The notes: generated by a model from the sequence alone, not told the origin. Shown: positions 1 to 12,483, counted from the first letter of the stretch. The stretch: DNA of 64,000 bases from Sphaerodactylus townsendi (GCF_021028975.2 NC_059428.1:43152001-43216000); one strand, 5' to 3'. A program made the numbers and translations.

Positions 1-969
1 TAGTAGGAACACCAGAATCTTATTTATGTAAGATTTAAGTATAAAAATAAATCTTAGGACAAAACACTTATGGGTTGGGAAGTTTGGCTTGATTAGTTAA
101 CTAATTACTCTTCTCAGCTATTCCGTGCTAGTTCATGTACTACCTTTTGTTTGCTTGTTTCATCTTATTGCTGCAGAATCAGTTATCAAATAGATTGAAA
201 TTAAAGTTAAGTGGATTTCCCTCCATACCATTCCTTTCTTCTTCAGTGGATTTGCTTTTCCTTGATATTCGTGTATGATATTTTTTTGGACATTCCATGT
301 CAAATTCTACTTTTATTTGTGATTTTAAAAAAACTTGAACTCAATGTCAGGTTTTTAAATGCATTTTATTTGAGGTGTTTATTTGAGGTGGGGAGAGGTG
401 CAGTTTATCTGAGGTGGGAAGAGACTGGTGGTGCAATGAGCTGCCATATCAGCCCAGGTTGCTTTTTTGAGGTGGAGAGAGGGTGCAATGGGAAATTTGA
501 GGAGTGGGCTTGGCAGGGCAGTACACAGCAAACTGCCACAGCTGTGCTGAGTTGCTTTTTGGGGCAGGGGATGCTGCAATGGGAGGCTTGGGGAGGACCT
601 AGCAGGATAGCAGGTAGCAACCTGCCATGGCACTGGCATGACAGTTTGTTGTTTGGGGCAGTGGGAGGTTCCTAGGTTGAGGGAAGGCAGGTAGGGATGG
701 GATGGGATGGAATGTCACCCACCAATGGGCACACAGGACTTACTTTGTGAGTCCTGTGTGTTCATTGACTAGAAGTCCATCATTCCATTGCATAGGCAAT
801 TATATATAAGGATTGGTTGAACAGGATTTTGTGTATTATATCAATGCATATTTTTGAACTGCTGGAGAAAAGCACTACTGAACACAGTAAACAGAAAAGT
901 GTGGCAAATTGTGTCTATGCAGTTCTCAATAAAATTTGGAAATGAAAAGGGATTTATGGAGAATTCTAG

Positions 970-1192
970 TGGCTGCATGGTATAGTGGTCAAGAGAATGG
1001 GCTCTAATTTGCAGAACTAGGCTTGATTCCTCACTCCTCCCCATGAGGCCTGCTGAGTGACCTTTGACTTGTCACAGTTCTCTCAAAACTCTCTCAGCCA
1101 AAGCCTGTTGTGGGGTGGAGAGGGGAGCTGGTTGTAAGCTGCACTGAGATTCCTTACAATAGATAAAAGCACGCTGTAAAAACCAGCTTCTT
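970..1192 (+). mobile_element. Old tRNA-derived SINE (Squam3-like), diverged
   Basis: A-box-like TGGTATAGTGGTCAAGAG, B-box-like GCTTGATTCC, core GTGACCTTTGACTTGTCACAGTTCTCTC and L2-like tail TTGTAAGCTGCACTGAGATTCC. It resembles the younger copy at 57688. Confidence 0.65.
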
Positions 1193-1706
1193 AATGTGGT
1201 AATTGCAGTATTTCAAGATAATTTGGAATTCTGAAATTATCCCAATGGGGTCCCAACCTGAGATTTCAGTCTTGCCAAACAAAAATAAGATGTGAACTTC
1301 AATATACCGCATACCTGTTTCAGGAATTTCAAATCAAACATTTGTTAGACTTGTATCTGAATTTTCTGATGAGACTGTGTTCCTGTTCACACATACATAT
1401 TCACGTGTGACTATAACATTAAGTTATTGGCTTGCATAGTTGCAAGAGCTTTCACAAATCAAGCACCACACAAGAAAAAATTAATCTTGTATCCAACACT
1501 ATAGGTATCAATGTGTGCAGTTCACATTCTAATGAGAAGGAAGAAGTACTGAATGATCAACTGAGGAGTCAAATTGCCTGCACGCTTCTGTAAATTGGCC
1601 TGAAGGTTTGCATTAGAGGCAAGAGAGATTTTTGAATTTTAAATTATATAAAGATGCTCAGGATTCATTCACTGAAGTATTTATAGGTTATCAAAATTGT
1701 TAGGGT

Positions 1707-1975
1707 ATTCCTTCATGAGAGGAAATATACACAAATCTGATTAGTAGAGAAATTTGAAATGAAGGTAAGAAATGGGAGGCAAAATATGACTCCTACTTTA
1801 TAGTTCAAGATGGAGGTAGGCCATTTAGAAAGCTGAAATTTGATTCCTTCATGAAAGGGAATATACACAAATCTGATTAGTAGAGAAATTTGAAATGGAG
1901 ATAAGAAATGGGAGGCAAAATATGACTCCTACTTTATAGTGGAGGTAGACCATTTAGAAAGCTGAAATTTGATTC
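1707..1975. repeat. Local tandem duplication (136-bp unit plus 129-bp copy)
   Basis: ATTCCTTCATGA...GCTGAAATTTG occurs at 1707-1842 and 1843-1971 with a few substitutions and a 7-bp deletion. Confidence 0.95.
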
Positions 1976-1992
1976 ATAAATAGCTTAAAATA

Positions 1993-2077
1993 AGTGCATT
2001 CCTAAACCAAGTAAAACCCTTCTAAGTCAACTGAAGTTAATGAATTTAGAATGGTGTGATTCACCTAGGATTGCACT
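1993..2077. mobile_element. Short palindromic MITE
   Basis: Termini AGTGCATTCCT / AGGATTGCACT with inner inverted arms CCCTTCTAAGTC / GAATTTAGAATGG. Confidence 0.6.
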
Positions 2078-2306
2078 CAATGATTATTAGGTCTGAAATG
2101 AGGAATGTTGCAACTAACAATGAAAATGTGGGACATCATGATTAGCTCAAATCAGTATTCCAACAAAGAGCAAGTCAAACCACATGTGGAAAAGAACCCT
2201 GGGTTTTGGCAGTTCTAGTGCTTTTTCAGATTTGGATGTGGGGAAAGTGGCACTTCTTATATCCATGTTTGCAGAAAAACATGACCCCAGACTTAACTGG
2301 GAGAAC

Positions 2307-2964
2307 TGTTGCAGTGGTGGAGGAGCGAGGCAAAACCTGGCTATTGGCAAGCTGAAGCCAGGGGATGGTCACATGACGAGGGACCTCATCATGTGACAGG
2401 GGAGTCGGGTATGCCTATAAAAGGAAGTGCGCAGCCAGCCTGGCCACTTTCAGAGGCAGGCAAGAAAGACCCATCCGCCCTTCCTATATTCTGGGTTGGT
2501 TTTGGTTATTTAGAAATGTTGATTGTTGTTTTGCTTGTCACATCCTGGGCGGTTTGGGGGCATAGGAGCACATCCTTATCAGGAAGGCTGAGCTTGCATA
2601 TTGGACCTTCCCATGGCTGCGAGCCTCAATAAGAGGTCTGGGGGTGGTGTAGGGCTTCATGGCGCAAGCCGCAGAGGCTCTACCAGAGAGCTCGCTATTC
2701 CCAGCAGGAAGGGATGTCACAAATTGGATATGCACCCAGGTGGCACCTAGTAACTTTCTGTCCCAATCCCCAATGGGGACAGTGCTGGGTTCAGCACACT
2801 TGCTGCTCATATGCCAGGTTCAGCACGCTTGCTGCCTGGCAGCCAGGATGTGCCCCTTGTGCTCGCCCAGCTTCCTACGTTGCTGATTAATAAGCGGGCT
2901 TTGGCCAATTCCTATTCCAACAAAAAGCTGTGTCCGTCTTAATTGGTAAGCGAACTTCCGCACA
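2307..2964 (+). mobile_element. Probable solo LTR (Gypsy/ERV-like); 5' boundary uncertain
   Basis: GC-richer block with TATA box CCTATAAAAGG (~2414), a degenerate polyA-signal region (~2919) and end ...GAACTTCCGCACA. No TSD found. Confidence 0.4.
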
Positions 2965-3475
2965 TCAGCATGCAATGCAAGCTTATTTTATGCATATCCA
3001 CTTGAAAGAAATCTCTATATTTGCTATCAATATGTGAAATACAAGAAAAATAGCCCCATGGACAGTTGATGTGGCAGAACAGTGTTTATGGTGGAATATT
3101 GATTCTGTGCTTGCATTTGTATGCTATACATGAAAGAAGAACATTTTCTGAAAGGATTTGTTGAAAGCGCAATAGGTTGTCCATCAGTATATTATACAAT
3201 GAACTGAAAACCCAAGAAAAGTGGGAGAATTCATCAACATCACATGCTTTTTATCTATAGATGAATGCTGCTGTCATTGATTCACTTAATCTTTCATTAC
3301 CCAAGTCAGTGATAGAATAACTCTCTATTGAACACATCTTCCAGGGCGGGTAGTCCAAGAACTCAAACTCTGTAGAAATGGGAGGTCAGTTAATCTAAAT
3401 ATTGAGTTTCTGAGCAATTCCATAGATCTGCTTTTCATGTGTTGTTTGGGTGGGAAAGGTTAATGTATCCTCTAT

Positions 3476-3616
3476 GGCTCATTCCGCACACGTAGAATAA
3501 TGCACTTTCAAACTGCTTTCAGTGCTCTTGGAAGCTGTGCGGAATAGCAAAATCCACTTGCAAACAGTTGTGAAAGTGGTTTGAAAATGCATTATTTTGC
3601 ATGTGCGGAAGGGGCC
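3476..3616. mobile_element. PIF/Harbinger-type MITE (141 bp)
   Basis: TIRs GGCTCATTCCGCACA / TGTGCGGAAGGGGCC and 3-bp TSD TAT on both sides. Confidence 0.85.
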
Positions 3617-5150
3617 TATGATTCATTTATTGAACAACTAGCTGCAAGAACATCCAATAATATAATGCAACTAAGGTAAGCATTTCCAACACAATTGGTT
3701 TCATATGTTTTGTTAACTTGGAATTCTGAAACAGAAAGTACTGAACAGAGTGAAAAACTAAACAAACAATGGAAACCTGTGCCCAATCTTATGAACTGTT
3801 TAAGCCAAAATATGCTGAGGATGACCACAGGAATAAATGTTATAGAACAATATCATGTTATAGAGCAATATCATGTTGAGAAGTATCATGCGGATGTCAC
3901 AAGTCAAACCAGTACAGAGATATGGATCAGCGCTACTATGCTGGATTCAACTTCTTTTATTCTCCTCTTTTAATGAAATAAACAAGACCCAGTCATTCTC
4001 AGCCCCATTTCCACCAAAGCCTTGCCTTGTCCTCTTTCCACTCAATAACTTTGGCTCATGCCTCTGGCCAAGATGGGGCTTCAGATCCTTCCAAGAAAGG
4101 AAAGGGACAGATGCTTAGCCCAGGTTTCATTCAGCTGGGTTGGATATTTTCAGTTCATTCTGTTCTCATGTCTCCAGCCAAGCCCAGGCTTGAAATAGCC
4201 TCAAAAAGGCAAGACAGCAAAGGAGCTGCTGCCAGATTGCCAGTATCAATCCACACTGGCTTATGTTACACTGGCTTATGGCGCCAGCACACTGTGGTAG
4301 TTTGGCAAATTATTTTTCATTTAAGGGGAAAGGTCATGTACAAAACAGCATTTCAGTTTAGGTAGATGCACAAAGAGTAAATGTAATGAATATAGTTACA
4401 TAGAATGGAACTTATGTTAATGAAATGAATCTCATCATAGTCAACAAATGTTCTGTGGAACCACAAAGAAGGAAATTGCACTGGTGTGTCTTTGTGTATA
4501 CTCCACTGCCAATTCAGATCATGATTTTCTAATTCACTATTTTTTCCTGCTGGTTGTCTTTGACTGTTTGGATCTCCCAATGATCTTGCTCAGAGAGTTT
4601 TATTTGTTTGCCCTGTCTCTTTGGGATAAGTTAAGATTTTATACTACAGGGATTTTGGACATACGAGGCATACTTTTATTTGATTTTGATGTTTCAAATG
4701 TACATTCAGCCTGCACTTAAGGCAGAATCTATTTTTCAAGTTGCTTAAAGGAAATACCCAAATTTAACTTAAACACATTGGACATAAAGAGCCTTTCCCA
4801 GGCTTCATATATTCCCAATTGGGCAATAGAATTTACCTTGGCATAAACCATCTCTATTGAAAAGAGTTTTTAATGAAATAAACATTTTATAACATATTTA
4901 AGCTCCATTACATTTTATAAACCTGTGTGGCTAAAACCAAGGTGTGCTTCTCAGGAAACCATGGGATATTTATTATTCATACATTCTCTTCTTAATAAAA
5001 CACCACATGTGAAGCCTATTATTGTGGACACCAATTATAACATACAAGGCAGGCAATTGAAACACAGGCTGTTTTGCAGGACTAGGGGAATTATGGGTAC
5101 AAAATTTACAGGGTACTGGGACCTGAGAATCTAGCTAGCTTTAATTTTTT

Positions 5151-5735
5151 CAACTGGTTATTGTGGGTTTTCCAGGCTGTGTGGCTGTGGTCTGGTAGAT
5201 CTTGTCCTAACATTTCTCCTGCATCTATGGCTGGCATCTTCAGAGGTGTATGACAGAGAGAAGTCTGTTGCACACTGTGTCTAGTGAGAAGAGAGTGTTT
5301 AGTGGAGTATATTGTCCATGTCCCAGGGTGGAGAACCAATCAGGAAGTGTTTGGGTGGAACTTGCTATGCAAAGGTGTGGTTGAGCACGTTGCATTGTGG
5401 GGGGAGGGGGGGTGTCAGTCCCTTTACATTGTAGTCGCATTTGCATTCTCTGCAGCAGTAGCAGTATTGGTGAATGCAAATCCTGTGTTTGGGTGGAGTC
5501 CATTGTCCATGAACTTAGCATGCTCTTGGCCTTTAATTCTGGTGTTTTTAAGTACTGGTAGCCAAGCTTTGTTAATTCTCAGATTTTCTTCTTTCTTGTT
5601 GAAGTTGTCTTGGTGTTTGTGAATTTCAATGGCCTGCCTCCCTGTGCAATCTGATATGGTAATCTTCCAAATTGTCCAGAATTTCAGTGTTTTCAAATAA
5701 AATGTTATGTCCAGTTTTGTTTAGGACATAACATG
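5151..5735 (-). mobile_element. Penelope-like retroelement 3' fragment (GIY-YIG C-terminus plus pseudo-LTR)
   Basis: Minus-strand peptide AIEIHKHQDNFNKKEENLRINKAWLPVLKN is typical of PLE endonuclease C-termini. The terminus is homologous to 8421-8588. Confidence 0.85.
5205..5246 (-). ncRNA. Minimal type-I hammerhead ribozyme motif in PLE terminus (CpG-decayed)
   Basis: Minus strand reads cct-CTGAAGA-tgcc...gga-GAAA-tgtt-agga: core boxes CUGANGA and GAAA with stem I cct/agg. Confidence 0.55.
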
Positions 5736-6715
5736 CAGAATTCATCAGAGTAGACAACACTGAGTAGTCGGAATAGACAACAAACTCAATGGACCAATCA
5801 CTTGTTTCAGTATAAGACAGCTTTACTGAGTGTTTATTTTGCGAAATTAAAGATGAGTGTATTGGAAGTAATCATTTCCCTTCTTCCATGTACAACTTTC
5901 CACATCTTTTATTGATATGTGATTTATTGTTTAAATCTTATCTTGCATCTCTGTCATTAGCAGTCTACACTTTTTTCTTAGCATACTTTTCCTTGTATAT
6001 AATTTTTGAACACCTCCTCATATTTATTAATGGAATATGCCATCAGAATTTCTGGACTAAGTGGGAAAACTGCATTTTCAGATATGTTAAAGTGTGAATT
6101 TTTAGGGCTCCCTGCAGCAAACTGAAATAGTTGAATGGCATTATGTGAATACATACAGCCCATACATACAACCTCTTAATCAGACTAGCAGGAGCAGAAA
6201 GGTTAATAAAATAATGTATTGTGCAAAAAGACTAATTTCTCAGGCTATATAGCAGACTTCATGGTTACCCAACATGCTTGATTGCCAGTAGATTCAGGAC
6301 ACATAAAAAGAAACTACTTCACATCGATTTACTTATAGAATTCACGGTCACACAGTGTGGCTCAATTATGATGGTAAAATTCTACTGAGGAAAGTGGTTT
6401 TTTTCACTATTTGTACCTTTATCTCTCTTCCTTTTCTAAATTTTCTAAATTTTAAGTAAATTGCTTTAGATATCTATATATCTAATTTCCTCCTGTGAAT
6501 ATCGAAATCCACAGATCGGGAATACATAGGCCCACAATAGATGTTTCCAAAAACTTTTTTTTAAGGGGGGGGGGTTTGGAGGTTTAAATTCCCCTTTTAA
6601 AAACATCTGAGCACATGCAGACAATATACGTGTCTGCTAAACTGATGACAAAGCTTGGGGTGTGAAGCTGCTGCTGTTCTACCTCACCATAAAAGATGAA
6701 AGCAGGTGCTCTGGC

Positions 6716-7029
6716 TGTCAGGACTCCCCTGCATTGACAATGAAACAGACAAACCTATAAAAGTTCAAAGCTTTATTGCAAGTGCCAGGAAAGAAACAGA
6801 AGCCTGTTCTGAGGCTCAAGCTCTCAGAACAGTGGCAATATAAAATGCCCTTCTCCCCCCACATGTGTGAAACACTCATCAAAACATTCTCTGAAGCAGT
6901 TTTCCAGACCATCAAGGTTACAGTTGGCTGATAAGATAAGCTGTGGAAAAGACAGAGCAGCAAAAGCATCGCATAGCTGAAAGCCACAGATCCCATAGCA
7001 GCCTAGCCCCCATGACTGCCATTCTGACA
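6716..7029 (-). mobile_element. Solo LTR (314 bp), Copia-like
   Basis: TGTCAGGA...TTCTGACA termini, perfect 5-bp TSD CTGGC (6711-6715 / 7030-7034), AATAAA on the minus strand at ~6772. Confidence 0.85.
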
Positions 7030-8420
7030 CTGGCTCTGTATTTACCAATCGGAGAATGGAAGAAGCTGTTCCAACACTAGGCTTCTATCGTCCACTGGCC
7101 CAGCCTGGCCCATAGCAGCTGCTATGGCCCTCGACAGTGAGGTGGCTGCACATACCAGGGCCAGCTGGGCAGCAAGGAGAGGCTGTTATTCCAATGGAAG
7201 ATGCCAGCAGTCATTGGTGGGTTAATGGGGAGAGCTTCAAAAGTAGGGGGTCACTGTGGAGAGCTTAAAGGGAGGTGTGGTAATTGGGTTGAGCTTAAAT
7301 GGTGGGGAGTTGTTGGGGAGAGCTTCAAGGGTAGGTGTTGTTGAGGAAATATTTAAGGATGTGGGGAAGAGGGAATGGAGTAAAATGGGAGGAAGGGATG
7401 TATCTTCTTAGCAAGTTTCTTGCTAATATATAATTTCAATTTAGTCCTATCTGTGGATTCTCAGATCCTTAGACTGGGGCCAGGGATATTAAAGACAGAT
7501 CTTTCCATGCCACTGAGAAAAGTCCCAGATGTAGAAAAAAATTCTGAAATTTAAACAAAACAAAATATTAATTTACCCCAAAAAGATAAAAGAAATGCCT
7601 GAAGCTTTATGAAACAGACATCCTTAGTGATCATTGCAAGAACATTGTTTTAACATTGAAATGCTTTAATGTTTGAAGTGTTCACTGCCTTGGGGATCCT
7701 GATCAGGTTGGAAAAATAGCATAGATATATAATGTATGAAATGAAAATCTTTGTCTGGGTACTAATGGCAGCTGATAATCCCTCTTATGGTCCTCTCCTC
7801 ATGTGCATTTTCAAGGAGGAGAGATCCTTCTGTGTGCACTTGTTCCCTTTGTTCCCTATTTCTTGTTTCTTATGAACGACTGCTAAACCATGGATGAACA
7901 CACAGCTAGGGCCAGTGTTCTGTCTAAGCTGCACAAGCCACCCCCTCTAGAGTCGTAGCAGAAGGAAGGGGGCAACAAGACTTTGCATGAGTCTGGCTTG
8001 TTCTCAGCCATCAGTAGCATGGAAAGCAACTGATATCATCATTGAGACTAGGATCACCATTCTTTCCTGTGTTCCCGCTCTCTTTCAGTCTTGCAGCAAA
8101 ACAAAATGAGCAATGACATTGCATTTACAATGACTTCATTTTTGGTCACTGTATCTGTGACACACCAGGAATTTCTCCAAATTCTATGGCTTTTGCCATC
8201 AAGATTGGGAATTCCTGCAGCATCTTCAGGGGGGAAATGATGTCACTTTTTGATGATAACCTGCATCCCCCTCCCCTTCCAAAAATAGAAAAAAATGTTG
8301 AATGGGCTCTGTAAACAACATTGGAAAACATGATGTTGAAACTGTAAATTATATTAGATGTTGAGGTTTGATTTTCGCAAGAGAAAATCAAAGCTAAAAT
8401 TGGTAGTGGTGGGTTCTATA

Positions 8421-8588
8421 GACACTAGACACAGTGAAACAGACTTCTCTCTGTGATACATCTCTAAAGATGCCAGCCACAGATGCAGGCGAAACGTTAG
8501 GAACAAGATCTACCAGACCACAACCACGCAGCCCAGAAAGCTCACCACAACCTGTTGAATCCAGCCGTGAAAGCCTTCAACGATACAT
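8421..8588 (+). mobile_element. Penelope-like terminal fragment with hammerhead motif
   Basis: Reverse-complement homologue of 5151-5290. Contains CTAAAGA-TGCC...GGC-GAAAC-GTT-AGG. Confidence 0.8.
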
Positions 8589-9769
8589 CAAAGTTAAAAT
8601 TATGATTTTGAGTCAACCTAGTTGGGATGACAAATATTAGAGCAACTCTTGCAGGAACTTGAGAATTGCCAAATGATGGGTAAGTGCCAGGTGGTGCCTG
8701 AAGCATTTCACAAGAAATTACAAAGAATAACACAGATTTCCAGACCAGGACAATGATCAGAACCAAGAAATGAATTTACAAAAATATCACAAACACACTC
8801 CCCATTTATGAAATTAGGAATTTGTGAAAGCTGTAATAGTTAGGATGCATCAGAATAATGGCAGCAATTTGTTTATGGAATGAAGGTTTTAGAAAGGCCT
8901 GCAGTGTATTTTTAGCTTTAAATTACATACAAAAAATAAACTGTCCTACTAAAGCTATCTTTTTCTGCCACTCTGTCAGGATATACATTTGTATAATAAT
9001 TGACACTAGCTTTGTATTTTTCTCTGAATATCTGTGAGGTTCAGGCTGTGTAAGCTCCTTCTTACCAGCAGCTGCAACACAAAACAGCTTTTAAGATTCT
9101 GGATTTTTTTCAAAAAAAATGAGGTTATATTGAATACCAAAGACTAGAGATAATAGAAGGGTTGTACTAATCACAGAGATTTTTTAAAAGGCAAAAGACT
9201 GATGGTATAAATGAGGAAGACTATTTTATTATTCAGGTAAAAACTCCCTACACATTTTGCAATAAATGCTTCTTCAGGAGAATGTATAATATAATACATA
9301 ATTATAAATTGAGTTCCCATAATTAGAAATTATATGATAAGGGTTATTGAACTACCAATATGAAAAATGGAATAAAAAGGAATAAAATATAGTGTACACT
9401 TAACAAGGATTAAAAAGCAACCATTAAAAAGAACAACTAACCTTTTCTCTCACTCATGGGACTGCTTCTTCTCAAGGTCAATTCACACATGCTATGGAAG
9501 CTCTATTAAAATAATCCTTCCTTTGGCTATCTTAAGCAAAACACTTAGAAATCCTTAGCAAGTGCATTGTTGTTAAAATTTTCCTAATGGTTTCTGGTAA
9601 GGGTGTAGGAATACTGAATATACAGTAATTATAGCATTGCCAGTGGAAAGCAACTCTAACCATTATGATTATAGGTTAGCTAGTAATGATTCACTACTTG
9701 AGAACTGTAAGGAGTGACCAAATCATAGTGTATGCAGTGTGCCATATACTTAATTCTGTGTTCTCTCTC

Positions 9770-10150
9770 TCTCTTGCTCTATTTCTCCGCCAGTACCTAC
9801 ATAGAAACACAAATGGGAACCAACAAGAAATTTGTGGTAGCAGCCATCCAATTCCCTCCATCTTTCCTTCCTCCCTTACTTCTGTTTCTCATTCTTTCTC
9901 TTTCCCATCCCCCCTTCCCTTAGTATCTCTGTACCCCATGTCTGTAACTTTTGCTCTCTTTCTGCCCTTCCCATCTTATCTCTATTTCTTTATCTTGCTT
10001 TTTGCCTCTCAACTGCATCACTCTCATTCTTTTTGCCTCTCAACCCCCTCACTCCCTTTTTGCCCTACTTCTTTGCTATTTCTGCCCTCCTGACTCTATC
10101 ATTCTTTCTGTTTCTATTTCTACTCTGATAGCTCTCACTCTTTATCTGCC
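9770..10150. repeat. Pyrimidine-rich (CT) low-complexity tract
   Basis: About 380 bp strongly biased to C/T on the + strand. Confidence 0.7.
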
Positions 10151-10835
10151 CAGCTTAGCTTCCGCATCCACTCACCACTGATAGACAGACCCTCCCTGAT
10201 TGCTGCTGTTAATGCTAGAGACACCACAGCTCCTGGCCAACCCCTGACAATGGCTTTGGGCCAGGTGTGACTCCCAGCCTCCAACTCTGGGCCCACTGTG
10301 GCTTTACCTCATCAATTGCTGATGCAGCCACTGTTGCTCCCGCCAACATCCTTTCATCAGCATCATGCTTGATGCAGCTCCCAGCCCCATCATAGTTTCT
10401 ATCTCCCAATCACCACTGTTTCTGGCCATCCCTCACCACCAACATCATTGCCTGAAAGACAAGTGCATTGTCTGCATGGGGACAATGTTTTTGTTTTGGG
10501 GACCCCCCAGTGTATTTTTAATTCTTCTTAGATTTTTCTGCAAACCTCAGGAGGACCTCCAAGATTGGATAGAAATGTCCCTTCTGTGGGCCCAATCTGT
10601 AGATTTAGACAGTCACAGATCATCTCATACATGGCCATTAGATACAGAGATATTGTGGTTGTATATGATTAAATGTCAAGATTTTAGGCTTCTTAACACT
10701 CTGCTCAAACAAAGGAGATCATCATATGTTTAGACCATAACTTTGTGAGTGGCACACAAAGCAATTATTTTAAAGGTGCTATAAAAACACTGGGTTTCAT
10801 TCTTCATATTAAGAAGTTGTTTTTTCGTCAGATAT

Positions 10836-11555
10836 GTGCTGCTGTTGTTCTGTGAACATAATTGGCTGTGTGTTGGGAACACATATTTCCAACATTGGAG
10901 GATCCACAAGACTTGGCATTCACCAGACAAGCAAACCATTAATGAAATCCACTGCAACTGTATCAGCCAGAAGTGGAGGTCAGCAATGTGTGATGACAAG
11001 GGTCTACAGAAAGGCAGATGTTGGATCAGACCATTGTCTAGTCAGAGCAGAAATCAAGTTCAAGCTCAGAAATGTAAGAAAGACCATACCAATGAAACCA
11101 TTTGCAATAGAAGCTCAAAATCCCTGCCACTGCCATCACCTTCACTTTGGAACAGCATAATTGCTTCAACCTTCTCAGGGAAATGACAAGACATAGAAGA
11201 CCTCTGGAGTAGCCTTAGGGACACCATGACAGAATGTGCCCAAAACACTATTGGGAGATGCTGAGGGCAATGGAAGGAACAGTAGATCCAAGACCGAATA
11301 TGGAAGCTGATTGATGAAAGAAAAGCCATAAAACTGAAATGGGAGCAGGCTAAAGATGCAGATGAAATGGAAGAAAGGAGCCGAAGGTATACAGAACTTG
11401 AACAACTTGCTAAGAAAAGCTGCTGAAAAGACAAAAAGGATTGAGTGAAACAGAAAGCCACAGAAACACAAAAAGCAGCTGACTGAAATGATCCCCAAAC
11501 CCTTACTGGAACCAGGAACAGCTCTAATGTCCCAATTAGGGGCAAGAATGGAAAG
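10836..11555 (+). mobile_element. RTE-clade LINE fragment (apurinic endonuclease and linker), frameshifted
   Basis: FCEHNWLCVGNTYFQHWRIHKTWHSPD, NEIHCNCISQKWRS and RVYRKADVGSDHCLVRAEIKFKL match RTE APE motifs (TWxSPD, GSDH). Confidence 0.9.
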
Positions 11556-11569
11556 CTATGACAAAACTT

Positions 11570-12060
11570 TCTGGGGCTCTGTGGGGCAGTTTTTCAAGGT
11601 ACAGGAACCATTTTTTCTGGAGAGCTGCGGGTGCCTTTCCTTACAAGAACCCCCAAGCTTGGTGAAGAATAGGCCAAGGGGTCCAATTTTGTGGACTCCC
11701 AAATTTTCTTACATTGTTTCCAATGGAGGATAGCTGGACACCCTCTTTGGGGCCCCATAAACTTGGATCCTCTGACCCAATCTTCAATAAACTTGGTTGT
11801 TCTTGTAAGGAGAATCTTCTACAACTATATGGCAAATTTGGTGGCTATACCTCAAAAACAAAAACCCAGAGCTCCACAGAGATTTCCCTTAGAGTAAAAT
11901 AGATTCATTTTTTAAACCTTCCTTCCCAAAGTAGACTCCTCATGCCAGTATGTTTTTTTCCTGCCATTTTTAGAACATCCAAAATTGGGGGGGGGGGGGT
12001 TATGCCCTATGGAAAATTTTCTTGCCTATGGTAAAGCCCATGGAAAATCTCTAAATCTAA
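11570..12060. mobile_element. Old non-autonomous DNA element related to 52751-53896
   Basis: Degenerate CCAAGCTTGGTGAAG...CATTGTTTCCAATGG...CCATAAACTTGGA palindromic unit shared with the 53.4 kb and 60.9 kb repeats. Confidence 0.55.
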
Positions 12061-12091
12061 AAAAAACCCGCAAAAAGTATATACCCCTATG

Positions 12092-12483
12092 CAGTGGTGG
12101 GATCCAAAAATTTTAGTAACAGGTTCCCATGGTGGTGGGATTCAAACTGTGGTGTAGTGCCAATGGGGCTGGGCGGGGCACGATGGGGAGTGGCGAGACA
12201 TTCCAGGGTCCGAGGGCATCTCCTGGAGTGAGGGCTGTGGCAGGGACGAGTCAGCTGCATGCCAGTCCTTTTGCGGGAAACGAATGCACGCAGGTGCAGG
12301 CTGCCACGCACGCCGGTGCACCTCCTGCTAGACTGCTTCAAGTTCTGCGCGCTACTGCTGAGAGGAGGGCGTAACTAAGGCAAAAATCATGTGGCAAAAT
12401 CACCAATTAGTAACCCCCTCTCGGCACACACAAATAATTAGTAACCTACTCTCAGGAACCTGTGAGAACCCACTGGATCCCTG
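12092..12483. mobile_element. Non-autonomous hAT element (392 bp)
   Basis: Ends CAGTGGTGGGATCC / GGATCC(C)TG and perfect 8-bp TSD CCCCTATG (12084-12091 / 12484-12491). Confidence 0.9.

Noticed and set aside
3695-3973. 92-aa ORF with a VIEQYH repeat
   Set aside because: Non-ATG start, the repeat is an 18-bp slippage duplication, and I see no homology or splice support.
6474-7430. Possible non-autonomous Helitron around the solo LTR (TCTATATAT start, hairpin-like end)
   Set aside because: The 3' end lacks a clean CTAG and the signals are too degenerate to support a call.
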